Shown: piece after piece, positions 33,214 through 44,165 of the stretch
How the letters are laid out: every line of letters starts with the position of its first letter
Numbering within the stretch: the stretch's first letter is position 1
Source of the DNA: Picochlorum sp. SENEW3
Taxonomy: Eukaryota
DNA: 64,000 bases
Direction of reading: 5' to 3'
NCBI GenBank assembly: GCA_034226945.1
Contig: CP120455.1
Span: 682,001 to 746,000, forward strand
Program-made: the position numbers and the translations under genes
Notes under the pieces: model-generated
What the model saw: only the letters and a program-made list of their open reading frames with translations
Databases searched by the model: none
Told to the model about the DNA's origin: nothing

Positions 33214-34833
33214 CTAGTTGGTTTTGGGTCCTGGGATGCCTGCTTTTTTCGCCCATGATCTAATCACCTGTACCTTTTGTTCATCAGTTGGTTGACGGTA
33301 TAAATATGCTGCTCGTCTTAAGAGCGCTCCAAATGGCCCTTCAATTGTAATACCGTCACTTGCACCACCAAACGTCGTGTTCACAGACACTCCAACTGCT
33401 TTCAGCACGTCTCCAAGCGGCCCTTGTTTGATTGCTGCAGAAATTGGAGGTGGAACTGGGATTGGAAGCGATACAGCACCCTTGGTAGAACCGAGTGACA
33501 TCATTTCACCAAGATGTTGGTATTGGAAATTCAAAAGTGGCTTTTTATTAATCGAGGACCAAATATTCCATGCTACATAGTCCGCTTGCTGAAAAGCCAC
33601 TTGAGCTGTTGCTGGTAAATGCATGCCATCCATGCCTCTAACAGCGACATCACCCAAAGCAAAAACAGTCTCCGTGCCGACAACCTTCAATGTTCGATCT
33701 GTTTTAATTGATCCATAGTCATCTGTAGGGAATGGAATAGAATCAGAGTATTCCTTCACAGCAGGCACCTGGCCAGCAGTCCAAAGAACAATATCAGCCT
33801 CCAACACATCTTTTGTTCCATCATCCAACCTCTTTGCCTGTATGATTCTCTTCCCACCAGACCCATCTTCATCCCCTCCAGCAATTTGAATCCTCTCAAC
33901 AATAGTATTACACATGACTGACACGCCATCGCTGTCCAAAACATTCCTTGCTGCCTGCCGCTGCCCATATGGTGCAGGTTCCATAATATCCCCTCCAGAA
34001 GTGACCAAGCGAATCTGGCACGCACCGGCTAATCGATCGCTCAATGCCGCAGCCAGCTCTACTCCAGCATACCCCCCACCGACGATGCAAATCTCTGGAA
34101 ATTTACCCTTCTTCTCCTCTGCAACTCGCTTCAATTCCTCCTGCAACCTCACAGCATCCTCATACACGGAGAACTGCAGCGCATATTCTTCAACACCAGG
34201 CACACCAAAACTATTCGTCTTTGCCCCGAGCGCCATCACCAACCAATCATATGAAATCTTCTCTCCATCTTGAAGGACCACCTGCCCTCCCTCAATGCCA
34301 CACACTGTGCCTTGCACAAAAGATACAGAATATGGAGCCAGCATGCTCGAATACAATGGAGCAACTTCATCACTCGTAGCACTCTCAGTTAATACATCGT
34401 ATAACAAAGGCTTGAACGAAAACCTGTCATTCTGATCCACCAACACCACCCGAGGCTTGACCCCACGAGGCCACATCAACTGCTCCAGCTTTATCGCAGT
34501 GTACAGTCCACCAAACCCTCCACCTACCACGCATATTCTTGGCACTCCATCCGAAGATTCATATGTCATAGTATCTGCAGACTCGTGCACTGCTCTCGTT
34601 GTGGAAGCTGTACCTCCAGACCCTGAGGAACCCCCAGAACCACTGGTTGCTCTCATGCCACGAATTCTGTTTCTTCTATTGTTGCAACGATATGCACTGT
34701 GAAAACACTTTCTTTGGTAATATAAAGAGTACGAATGCAGGACAGATGAGGAATCACAACCCTCCAGCGGACTACAAGAGAAATGCCGTGACATTCTCGT
34801 ACAGAGGGTTGCTGCCATCCGAACAGTCTTCAT
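33214..34833 (-). CDS. NDC1: Type II NAD(P)H dehydrogenase C1 (demethylphylloquinone reductase; plastoglobule)
   Basis: VVGGGFGGLYTA, F.FKPLLY, IVGGGYAGVELAA, LPATAQVAFQQADY.AWN.W, HLGEMMSLG, AYLYRQPT. Confidence 0.92.
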   Translation of the reverse strand: MKTVRMAATLCTRMSRHFSCSPLEGCDSSSVLHSYSLYYQRKCFHSAYRCNNRRNRIRGMRATSGSGGSSGSGGTASTTRAVHESADTMTYESSDGVPRICVVGGGFGGLYTAIKLEQLMWPRGVKPRVVLVDQNDRFSFKPLLYDVLTESATSDEVAPLYSSMLAPYSVSFVQGTVCGIEGGQVVLQDGEKISYDWLVMALGAKTNSFGVPGVEEYALQFSVYEDAVRLQEELKRVAEEKKGKFPEICIVGGGYAGVELAAALSDRLAGACQIRLVTSGGDIMEPAPYGQRQAARNVLDSDGVSVMCNTIVERIQIAGGDEDGSGGKRIIQAKRLDDGTKDVLEADIVLWTAGQVPAVKEYSDSIPFPTDDYGSIKTDRTLKVVGTETVFALGDVAVRGMDGMHLPATAQVAFQQADYVAWNIWSSINKKPLLNFQYQHLGEMMSLGSTKGAVSLPIPVPPPISAAIKQGPLGDVLKAVGVSVNTTFGGASDGITIEGPFGALLRRAAYLYRQPTDEQKVQVIRSWAKKAGIPGPKTN

Positions 34834-35163
34834 GATGACAACAATACAGTCTAAAGTATGGAATATGCAGCAGCCCGTGTGCTTGAGACCTATGCATTGG
34901 AATGAACGAGTATTTTTATTCTATCGAATTACGAACATTTTGTTCGGTTTGGTGGTAGATGAGGGAATGGATACGGTGATCAACCCATCCAAATTAATTG
35001 TATACAGTAGTAACTAGAACAATACAATCAGGAAGCCACGAAACGTGGTGGATTGATTGGTTTTGGTGCTGCGTTACAACCATTTATTATCATTACTCTG
35101 CAGAGACTGTTTCACATCACCTTTTATTTTCTCTTTTGATTTGAATTTTCTTACCTTCAATCA

Positions 35164-36441
35164 ATGAGTTTGTTTAAAAAGGCATTGATCCTTGGGTCGA
35201 GTTCCACGGCACAGGAGGAAGCCGTTGTGGATGAAGAAGGGAATTTGTATTACGATGCCCAGGAAGCCTCCTTGCATCCCGATGCGAGTCCTGATGGAGG
35301 TATTCTGTGTACAGATACAGAGGTGATGGATAGACAGAGGAGTGCTGTGATCGATATTATGAAGTCATTGGGGAGGAAGCTGTTGTCAGGCAAGTTTGAT
35401 CTGTTGAATATATCATTGCCTGTCAAGATTTTCGAGCCTCGATCGTATCTTCAAAAGCTATGCGATCCACTCGTATTCCCATATATTATGGAGAAGGCGG
35501 CAGCGGCAAAAGAGCCAGAGGAAAGGCTGAAATGGGTGGTGACATTTTTCATTGCGGGGTACCATCGGGCATTTCTGACATGGTCAAAGCCGTTCAATCC
35601 AATTTTGGGTGAGACGTGGCATGGACATTTGTCGGATGGAACTCAGGCATTTATGGAACAGATATCTCATCATCCCCCGATTTCTGCTTTTCAAATAGTT
35701 GGGCCGGGTCGTCGGTATTATTTTCATGGGCATTCAAAACCAACAGTGACACACAAGACAAATGCCATCACATCGTACGCTGTGGGGGAGAGACAGGTCG
35801 AGTTTTTAGATGGAACTTGTATAGAGGTTTCCTTTCCAGAGTATAATATTAGAAACATCATGTCGAGCTCTACCACTCGAGCAGATGTGAGTGGCAAGGT
35901 TGAGTTTGTAGACAGGCAGAATGGACTTATGGCAAATATCCAGTTGGGAAAGGTTGATGGCGAAACTGGACTTTTGGGGCGCCCAGATGCGGTGTATGGA
36001 CATTTGTATAGAATTAGTATCCACCCAGTGCACAGTCGAGTATCATTACAGGCATCGGATAGCTGGAGATCTCAAAGCCTGCGTCCACGAATTTCTCACA
36101 TTAAAATGAAGCCCTCGTCTTCCATGAATGCTTTTGTATTGGGTAGTTCAAATGATAGGACGGAAAGTATGCATACTGGAGGAGATATGCATATCCCAAT
36201 TGCAACCTGTTCTGGGAACTGGCTGGCCTATCTTGACTGGGATGACGAACGATATTGGACATTGTCAGAGGCCACGCCTGATAAGTGGCAAACAGAGGAG
36301 CATGTACTGCCCTCCGATTGCTCCCTGCGTGACGATTTGAATTTTTTGGCGCAAGGGGATTTTGCTCTGTCCCAAGAAGCAAAAGACAGAATGGAGAACG
36401 ATCAACGGCGCGATGCCAAAAATAGACCCGTTCCCACATGA
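35164..36441 (+). CDS. Oxysterol-binding protein-related (short ORP)
   Basis: ISLPVKIFEPRSYLQ, KPFNPILGET, EQISHHPPISAF, LPSDC.LR.D. Confidence 0.93.
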   Translation: MSLFKKALILGSSSTAQEEAVVDEEGNLYYDAQEASLHPDASPDGGILCTDTEVMDRQRSAVIDIMKSLGRKLLSGKFDLLNISLPVKIFEPRSYLQKLCDPLVFPYIMEKAAAAKEPEERLKWVVTFFIAGYHRAFLTWSKPFNPILGETWHGHLSDGTQAFMEQISHHPPISAFQIVGPGRRYYFHGHSKPTVTHKTNAITSYAVGERQVEFLDGTCIEVSFPEYNIRNIMSSSTTRADVSGKVEFVDRQNGLMANIQLGKVDGETGLLGRPDAVYGHLYRISIHPVHSRVSLQASDSWRSQSLRPRISHIKMKPSSSMNAFVLGSSNDRTESMHTGGDMHIPIATCSGNWLAYLDWDDERYWTLSEATPDKWQTEEHVLPSDCSLRDDLNFLAQGDFALSQEAKDRMENDQRRDAKNRPVPT

Positions 36442-36495
36442 ATATGATATATTACTACTACTATGTCTTTTTCTTTTTTATTATTACATACATGG

Positions 36496-37272
36496 CTACT
36501 TTTTATCCAAGGATGGCTCACCACCACCACTACTGTCCTGCTCATCCACCTCTTCTTCTTCTTCTTCTTCTTCTTCTTCTTCTTTACTGGGTGGGTCGAG
36601 AATATCAAGCACATCTTTGTCCGCGAAGAAGTCTTTATCTATATAAAATACCTTTTTATTTGCCATAAACGTGCTCAACGGGTGCATGCTATTCTCAGCG
36701 CCCCCCTCCACACTGTCTAACTGAACAACATCCAAAACTGGCTTGGCAAAAAAGTTTAACGTTTCAATCTTCAATTCCCGATCCCCTCCCACAGAAAGCT
36801 TATGAACATAGGGGTGTGTAAACCAATGAAGCAAACCAGTTGTCGTCAGACCAAACGCCGACAACGTCCCTGCCAATCCCATCTTTGCAGACAAACTTGT
36901 CCCTCCATCCAACAGCAGCATCACAGGCCCAGCTCCCACAGCACACGCACAACTGAACAAACTCAACTTTTTTACTTTGTTCACAGCTGCAGAGAATGGA
37001 CCATGATATTCATACACAGCAGCAGCAGAAGAAGAAGAAGAAGAAGGAGGATGAATCTCCTTGCTCTTGTTGCTCGTACTTGGAGAATTCTCTTCCCCAT
37101 CACTGCTCTTTCTACTGCTGCTAAAACTCCTGTTCAAATATCCTTTCTCATGATGTAATCCATTACCAGCATGCTGAATCACATCATGCACAGAGCAAGG
37201 GAATGCAAAAACACTGGATCGACCCAACACGAGCGCTCTGGCATATCCAATTGCAGTTTTGGACGCAGCCAT
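36496..37272 (-). CDS. TMEM70/TMEM186-family mitochondrial membrane protein
   Basis: Mitochondrial-type N-terminus; Y.GP....V..VK.LSL.SC; two TM segments; TT.LLHWFT.PYVH.L. Confidence 0.8.
   Translation of the reverse strand: MAASKTAIGYARALVLGRSSVFAFPCSVHDVIQHAGNGLHHEKGYLNRSFSSSRKSSDGEENSPSTSNKSKEIHPPSSSSSSAAAVYEYHGPFSAAVNKVKKLSLFSCACAVGAGPVMLLLDGGTSLSAKMGLAGTLSAFGLTTTGLLHWFTHPYVHKLSVGGDRELKIETLNFFAKPVLDVVQLDSVEGGAENSMHPLSTFMANKKVFYIDKDFFADKDVLDILDPPSKEEEEEEEEEEEVDEQDSSGGGEPSLDKK
36551..36582. repeat. (CTT)n trinucleotide microsatellite encoding poly-Glu on the minus strand
   Basis: Run tcttcttcttcttcttcttcttcttcttcttc inside the TMEM70-like CDS. Confidence 0.85.
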
Positions 37273-37634
37273 AGAATCTTATGTATCTAATAATGACTGT
37301 CATTTGGCCGTTGCATCATGATCATGAACACATTGTGAGGATGTCATTATTATCTAATTCCTAAGCAGAGAATTAAAAACACAGTTCACGATGCTCAGAG
37401 GCATAGGCAGACAATTCCCCACTGACCTCGTCGTCTTATATATGACTATTTTTTCCACGGTGGTATCGTAAGTTAGAAGATAGTATTGTACCATTGTGTG
37501 TGCTAGAGAGACGCGAGCGCCGGTGGTTGTTGAAAAGTCGTTGCAGTCGAGTACGTCTTGTTTTGGTCTATAAGGCAAACATATACCATCTCAACGTACT
37601 TGATACATTATTTTCTATATAGTACGAGCAAGTG

Positions 37635-40600
37635 ATGGGGGAATCGGAGCAGGGTGGGTTTGTGCTGGATTGCGCATCCCCGGATGTGTTCTCCAGTCCC
37701 ATGATTGGGGCAATGCGGGCTCAGAGCGACGCTGATGTTATTGATTTAGTTAATACGGATGACACGAGGAATAGCAGGGATCTGGTGAGGCGACAGAGTA
37801 GGATTCCGAGTCCAGCTGTGGTTGTCTCTTCTGGTGGAAGGGAGAGGGCACAGCGGGCGTCTCGTCTGCGGGTTGCATCGCACAGCAAAGACAGCAGCAT
37901 GATACCGAAGCCTATGGATATCGTCAATCTACACGAGGAGGAATCAGTGACGGAGAGTATATCGTTTGGAGAGGGTTTCACAGAGTATATGAATCCATTG
38001 GCAGATATGGATGAGGATGAGGTGGGGGTGGTGGAGCAACAGGTGGATACGGCATTGAGAATGCAAACACCTGAAGCTGTACAAGTATTGAATAACATGT
38101 CCCGACCTCTTGGGAAGAAGGACCTGAATGTGCTTGATTGTTATCTCAGAACAGGGCCAAAGAAATTGTCTCCTGAGCCTAGCAGGGAGTATAGCATCAT
38201 AGTGCCCAAGAATGCCTCGCATCATGTGCAAGGGAAAGAAAATTGCGAGAATGACATCGATTCTAAGGAGAACGATTTCGATGCGACCAGGACAAAAGGA
38301 TCAGGGGTTGGTCGTGATGACTCGAGCACAGATGAAGAGCAGCAACACATGCCTGGTGACAAGGAGACTGCAGAGGAGCGTGGTGATGAGAATCATCCGT
38401 CTCAAGGAGGAGTGTGCAATGATGTGCCACATGAAGCCAAGGGCAACGTTGTGACACTGGCATCTCCAGTGATGCATGGTAAGCAGAATCAGAAGGACCA
38501 CCACCAACAACAACAACAAGGAAATGATTCTGTGGAGCGTGTGCAGTTCACATTGAACAATGGGTGTGTACACAAGACTGCAAAACGAACAGTGTCACCA
38601 GTGTCGTTTAATTTGGGGTCGCCTGATGATGCACCCAAAGAACATAATGTCCAGAAATCCTTTTCCTTTGGCATGGGAAATAAAGCATGTGGTACAAACA
38701 CCACAGCAGAAATTGTTCGAGACAAGAAAGAGGAAGAGGATTCAGGTGGTGAGTCTGTAGATCAACCAAACCCATTCACCACCATGCTTGGTAAATTAAG
38801 AGAAGAGCCGGGGGCTCTTCAGAGTCCAGTTGTCGGTGCACGTCATATGGAAGAAGACCCAAACGTTGATAGTCCAAAGTCTCCCTCTCAGTGTACTCCG
38901 ATGAATTTGATATCTGCCAGTGCCGGAAAGGGGACGCCGCCAGTGAGAGGGACACCTCCTCTTGGAGAAGGGGATGTTAGCAGCTGGATTGACCATAGGG
39001 GTTTGGCGGCATCTATAACAACGCCAACTCGAAAAGATTTGGATAAAATGTGGGGTGCTTTGAAGACAATAAACGAGGCAACTGCCACGTATCAAGATGC
39101 CATGAGAATGAATGCCCAACTTCATGAAGATTTAGCAGAGCTACAGGAAGCTGAGCGACAAGCCAGAGCTGACGCAGAGGAAGGAAACAGGTTGGCAACG
39201 CAGGAGATGAAACGATCGGAAGAAATATCAACACAAATTGCTGCACTGTCAGCTGGAGTATACGCCATGTTTCAACGCTGTGATGAGGAGAGGAGACAAT
39301 TATCTTTGGAATTGGAAAGAGCCAAACAGGCTCTTTCTGCAATGTCAGGCGAATCAAGCAACGGCCAAGAGGTTGAATCGCTTTGCAAAGAACTGGAAAC
39401 GATTCGTCTGGCGGAGGCAGAAGCTCGAGCAGAAGCAGAACAAGCAAAATCCATTGCGGATGAATACAAGGCACAACTGGAAGAGGCACAAAAAGTGCTC
39501 GTCATCAAGCAAACTGAGAATGTCTCACAGGTATGTGTACATGATGGTGATATCACACTATGGAAAAGTATTTCATACTTGTACTTGTGTCTACAGGAGT
39601 CCATGGAGGATGCTGACGTGAAGAACAAAGTATCGTACTTTGAGGCCTTGGCACAGCACGTGACACACTCGCTTGAATGCAATGACAGAGGACTGAGTCC
39701 ATTGGAAGGACCTCATACTGGACATAAAGCCCCACAGACAACTCCAGTCGATATAGATGACACCACTACTCCATACAGGATCCATTTAGAAGCCCTGCAA
39801 GCATTCCGACAGACGGTGGGTGACGAGGACCATGGCAGCGAGAATGATGAGTTTACCGACAGCGAGTCTGAGTATCATGTTGAAGAGATCTCTGTGAGTC
39901 CAATCGATGTGGATGGCATCTCACGCTCAACATTGCGCCAGACAATTAAAGCAAGGCTTTTGAGACTTCGAACAGAACTTCAAGATGCCAAGGATCGATT
40001 GAATCATGTAGAAGTTGGCTTGCATCACAAAAAGAAGCATGACGCCATGACGCCTGTGCTTGCCACACAGAGAGAGTATGAAGAACCTGTACCATCCCCA
40101 GCTCCCCAGGAAATTCCTGAGGAAGACTCGCGTCATATGTACCAAGAATCGCCTTCTGTTGCCGCAGAATCCATATCATGCGTCATGGCAACCCCTACAG
40201 AGGCAGCAGTCATGGAAGATACATTCTTGCCAAAAGGCTCGGCACGCTGGGACAATAGAGGAAGCAGTGACGAGGAAGAGGATGACAACAATCTAGGAAG
40301 TAGCGACGATGATGAAAGAGAAGATCATGGACAATTCACGATATCAGCAAATATGGGAACCATGACATGCAGCCGAAGTCGATTTGCTCGACGAATTGAC
40401 CCAATGTCAACACCTCGGGCCAAGCTCATGACACCACACGCGGGCATGTCTGCAATCAAGAGCACTGCTCACTATACGCCAAGATTCTCCTCTGCTTCGT
40501 CATCTCGATCTCCATCAGTCCAGATGTATATGGAACCAATCACGCGACCAAGACGAGGCGGGTATGTGGCAACACAAAGACGCAGCGAATCAGAGGAGAA

Positions 40601-40712
40601 GGAATTCAGGCGCCGAGCTGCAGCGCTCAAAATCCACGTATCCCCATACTTTAAAAAGAAATCAAGGTCATCGATGATGACACACAATGATGAAGTAGAT
40701 ACAATGCTGTAA
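37635..40712 (+). CDS. Large hypothetical protein, disordered with a central coiled coil
   Basis: About 1000-aa ORF with a probable in-frame 66-nt intron 39531-39596 (GTATGT...TACAG). Many SP/TP sites and KEN motifs. No family recognised. Confidence 0.75.
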   Translation: MGESEQGGFVLDCASPDVFSSPMIGAMRAQSDADVIDLVNTDDTRNSRDLVRRQSRIPSPAVVVSSGGRERAQRASRLRVASHSKDSSMIPKPMDIVNLHEEESVTESISFGEGFTEYMNPLADMDEDEVGVVEQQVDTALRMQTPEAVQVLNNMSRPLGKKDLNVLDCYLRTGPKKLSPEPSREYSIIVPKNASHHVQGKENCENDIDSKENDFDATRTKGSGVGRDDSSTDEEQQHMPGDKETAEERGDENHPSQGGVCNDVPHEAKGNVVTLASPVMHGKQNQKDHHQQQQQGNDSVERVQFTLNNGCVHKTAKRTVSPVSFNLGSPDDAPKEHNVQKSFSFGMGNKACGTNTTAEIVRDKKEEEDSGGESVDQPNPFTTMLGKLREEPGALQSPVVGARHMEEDPNVDSPKSPSQCTPMNLISASAGKGTPPVRGTPPLGEGDVSSWIDHRGLAASITTPTRKDLDKMWGALKTINEATATYQDAMRMNAQLHEDLAELQEAERQARADAEEGNRLATQEMKRSEEISTQIAALSAGVYAMFQRCDEERRQLSLELERAKQALSAMSGESSNGQEVESLCKELETIRLAEAEARAEAEQAKSIADEYKAQLEEAQKVLVIKQTENVSQVCVHDGDITLWKSISYLYLCLQESMEDADVKNKVSYFEALAQHVTHSLECNDRGLSPLEGPHTGHKAPQTTPVDIDDTTTPYRIHLEALQAFRQTVGDEDHGSENDEFTDSESEYHVEEISVSPIDVDGISRSTLRQTIKARLLRLRTELQDAKDRLNHVEVGLHHKKKHDAMTPVLATQREYEEPVPSPAPQEIPEEDSRHMYQESPSVAAESISCVMATPTEAAVMEDTFLPKGSARWDNRGSSDEEEDDNNLGSSDDDEREDHGQFTISANMGTMTCSRSRFARRIDPMSTPRAKLMTPHAGMSAIKSTAHYTPRFSSASSSRSPSVQMYMEPITRPRRGGYVATQRRSESEEKEFRRRAAALKIHVSPYFKKKSRSSMMTHNDEVDTML

Positions 40713-40751
40713 ATACAATACATGTTCCATAGGAGCATAGTAGAATATACA

Positions 40752-41381
40752 TCACAGATAGGGGCTCGGAGGATTCTCATTCACACGTCCCAACTCCTCC
40801 CGTGTCATACTTCTCGCCAACGGCTCATCCCTCCCACCATCATACGTCTTCATCACCGACAACAGAGTCAGCAAACTACGCAGCAACTTGCTCACATCCT
40901 GGTACTGCTTCTTTGGGAACAGCAACAACTCACTCAATCGCTGAATCATACATGGAGCACCTCGGGCGTATCTATCCAACAAACCATGCAATTCCTTCTT
41001 CTTCGCATCCACATACGCTCGACTCCCAGGCACATCCTTGCTAATAATAATCTCCGTCTCCTCAACAGTCCCATTCAGCCCTGCTCCCAATTTTTCAGTC
41101 GTCTCATCCTCCTCCTCCTCCTTCACTTCCTCCTCTTCCTCCTCGCGATACTCTTCTATACATGAATCAATCAAACCGTGATACACTGGCTTCATCACAT
41201 TCCAATCAAACCGCATGCTATTCTGCAGAGCAACTTGTGCTACGAGACATTGAATCCGTTCAGGCACTGGAACACGACCACGATGCTCCTCTACTGTCAT
41301 ATGCAACCTAGTGATATATTCTTTTACATCTTCTATGTTTGCAACGGGTATATCAGCATTCTGCTGCTCAAATCTCTCCAT
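40752..41381 (-). CDS. PPP4R2: Protein phosphatase 4 regulatory subunit 2-like
   Basis: APCMIQRLSELLLFPKKQY resembles the PPP4R2 motif PFTIQRLCELL..P...Y; first ATG at 41381. Confidence 0.75.
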   Translation of the reverse strand: MERFEQQNADIPVANIEDVKEYITRLHMTVEEHRGRVPVPERIQCLVAQVALQNSMRFDWNVMKPVYHGLIDSCIEEYREEEEEEVKEEEEDETTEKLGAGLNGTVEETEIIISKDVPGSRAYVDAKKKELHGLLDRYARGAPCMIQRLSELLLFPKKQYQDVSKLLRSLLTLLSVMKTYDGGRDEPLARSMTREELGRVNENPPSPYL

Positions 41382-41540
41382 GTTGAATTCAAATCTACCA
41401 ATTTGCAACCATCGCTACTCCATGACTCGGTATTAGGCTCTTATAACATGAATACATCTTTTTAAATGGTGTATAGCACCGCCATCAGGCGGTGTCATGT
41501 GTTTGGGGAGGGGTTTTCATGGAGACAGTTGCAAATTCTA

Positions 41541-41575
41541 GTGTTCCCATCAATTGATACTGTTGATAGGAACAC
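41541..41575. promoter_or_regulatory. Palindromic element GTGTTCCCATCAA-N9-TTGATAGGAACAC in the PPP4R2/ORC6 divergent promoter region
   Basis: 13-bp inverted arms with one mismatch; same core and 9-nt spacer as the element at 53950-53984. Function is inferred only. Confidence 0.45.
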
Positions 41576-41731
41576 AAACCACGGTGGCATCTGTCGTTGG
41601 AACTGAATTTGAATTTTGGATCAAAAACGCAGCCACCTTCCTCAGTGTCATTATTAGAAGTAAAGCATACTATACCTTTCATTCGCATTTGTATATATAG
41701 TGGTGTAGGAATAGAGGAGGAGGAGGAGGAT

Positions 41732-42352
41732 ATGTCGAGTAACGACACAGCAGCAATCGAGGCCATCGTGTCGAAATTGGGTCTTCATGGGGCGATTGGG
41801 AGGTCTGTTTCTGGCAAGGCTATGGAATATTTGAGGAAATATAATTCAAAAATGGGTCGACAGAGTGGTGTGCTGGGGAATGCTCATATTGCAAAGCCAG
41901 CTGTGTGTGTGGACTTGGCTGTGACCTCTGGGGAGGTGTTGGTGGATGTTGCGGTGGATGTGAAGGCGTTGCAGCGTTCGAGTGGGACGACGTCGAGTCA
42001 GTATAGAAGGGTTCGTAGTGTGATGATGAAGTCATTAGATATTCGGCAAATGGTGTCTGCGAGGGATGTGTGCATCCAGTTTGGGTGTCTCAAGCTGGAG
42101 CCCATTGTTCGGGAGACGTTGGATGAATTTGAGTTGCGACTAGAGGATGCACGGTCGTCTGAGGAAGAGCGGGTTGATGCTCGTGCGCCTCGGTTTGTAG
42201 GGGCTGCGTTTGCGTTGGTGGCGAGGGCATACAAGGCTCGGTTTGACAAGGGCAAGCTCATGGATAGTTTGGGGATTCAGTCCAAGGAGTTTCGGGGTGC
42301 ATTGGAGAGAATGTCGGATGTGATGCATAATGTATTCTTTGATGACGAATGA
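41732..42352 (+). CDS. ORC6: Origin recognition complex subunit 6
   Basis: KLGL, KA.E..R, K.AVC.DLA, SG.....Y, RDVCIQFGC, P.F..AAF, DK.KL match my recall of plant ORC6; ATG at 41732. Confidence 0.85.
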   Translation: MSSNDTAAIEAIVSKLGLHGAIGRSVSGKAMEYLRKYNSKMGRQSGVLGNAHIAKPAVCVDLAVTSGEVLVDVAVDVKALQRSSGTTSSQYRRVRSVMMKSLDIRQMVSARDVCIQFGCLKLEPIVRETLDEFELRLEDARSSEEERVDARAPRFVGAAFALVARAYKARFDKGKLMDSLGIQSKEFRGALERMSDVMHNVFFDDE

Positions 42353-42404
42353 TGATGGAATTGAATAATGAAAAAATAAATATGTATTGTATCAAATGAA
42401 TGTG

Positions 42405-44165
42405 TCACAGTTTTGATGACTGTGGATGCAGTGGGAACTGTTCCCGTAAATGGCGTTTGGAAATTTTGCCTGTGGCTGTGTACGGCAATGAATCAACAAA
42501 TACTACGTCATCTGGCATCCACCAAGATGCTATTTTTCCTCTCAAGAACTGTAGAAGCTCCTCTTTTGTGACAGGGGGCACGTCTTTTTTCCTGACAACA
42601 ACCAACAATGGACGTTCGCCCCACTTTGGATGAGGAATGGCAATCACTGCAGCCTCGGCAACGTTTGCATGTCCGCTCACAATATTTTCTATTTCTATCG
42701 AACTGATCCATTCTCCCCCGCTCTTGATGACATCTTTTGATCTATCCCGAAGAACAATATACCCATTTGTGTCAATGGTTGCAATATCACCAGAGTCAAA
42801 CCAACCACCCGGCTGGACGCAGTCTTCAGTTTTGTTAAAGTATCTTTTGATCACTGCAGGCCCACGCACTTGAAGGCTCCCTGGAGTTGTACCATCATGT
42901 GGCACAAGACGTCCAGAATCATCCACCAATCGAGGTTCACAGAATATATGGGGCCTGCCTTGGGTTGCTTGCATTGTGCGGTGGTGTTCTACGGGGATTG
43001 AATCCTTCCTGGTACCAAATGTTCCTTTTGGTGAGAGCTCAGTCATCCCCCACGAATGCCGGACCTCTGCCTTGACAATGTTTTGGAAAAAGTCAATCAA
43101 ATGGGGTGGACACGCAGCACCAGAAATCACCAGAATCCTCAACGACTCGAGTCGCGTCGCAAATTCTGTCCTCTCGATATATTCTTTCACAGATTGCCAC
43201 ACGGTGGGCACACCTCCACTATGAGTGACCCGGTACCTGTCAATGAGCCTGCAAATGTTTTGCCCATCCAGTCGTGGACCTGGCAGAACAAGCTTGCCAC
43301 CAACAAGTGGCAAGCAGAATGCCGTACCCCACGAGTTTGCGTGAAACATGGGTACAACCATTAAAAAGCAGGACGTGGATTTTAAATTAAAGCCATCAGG
43401 AAGGCACACCGAGAGTGCATGCAAGAAATTGCTGCGATGGCCATACAGGACACCTTTGGGCTTGCCAGTTGTCCCACTGGTGTAACAAAGGCCGCAGGCA
43501 TCCGTCTCCTTGGAAGGATACCATTGGAATTTCCCAAGTATTGGTTCTTCTTCTGCTGAAATCCAATCCTCATAGCACAGGAGTAGTGAATGGATGGGTG
43601 AGTTCTTGGGCATATGGTCTCTATCTGTTAGCAGAATTACATGCTTTATACTGCTGCAAGCATGGGGAATCAGCCTCTCAAGAATAGGAACAAACGTGAT
43701 ATCTGCCATAATAACCACATCTCCCGCATCATTCAGTATGTATTCTATATCATGCTCGAAAAGACGGGGATTCACTGTATGACATACACCTCCCATTCCA
43801 GCAATACCATACCAGGTCTCCAAATGCCTGGTAGTATTCCATGCGAGAGTGGCGACTCGATCCCCCGGAGCTACACCAAGCCTCTTTAATGCCAAAGCAC
43901 ATTGCGCAGACCGCACCCAGACTTTCTTGTACGTAGACTCTACAATTGGGCCCTCAGTTGTGTGACAAATGACCTTTTGATCGCCATGCCATGTGGCGGC
44001 AAAATCAATAATCTACACATCTCGAATTTCTGATCAATTGTTTTACATCATTGGAAGCAGTAAAAGCATCCAACCCAATGAAACGTGACATGTGCTGCGT
44101 GGCATGGCATTTGTTCATACCTTGCTGACCACCAATGGCCAATCATTTTGCATCAGACTCTCCAT
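42405..44165 (-). CDS. AMP-dependent acyl-CoA ligase (AlkK/DmdB-like clade) with peroxisomal PTS1
   Basis: Exons 44165-44121 and 44012-42405; intron 44120-44013 (GTATGA...TGTAG). GDRVATLAWNT.RHLE.WYG, YTSGTTGKPKGV, PMFHANSWG, WGMTE, DRSKDVIKSGGEWISS; ends SKL. Confidence 0.92.
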
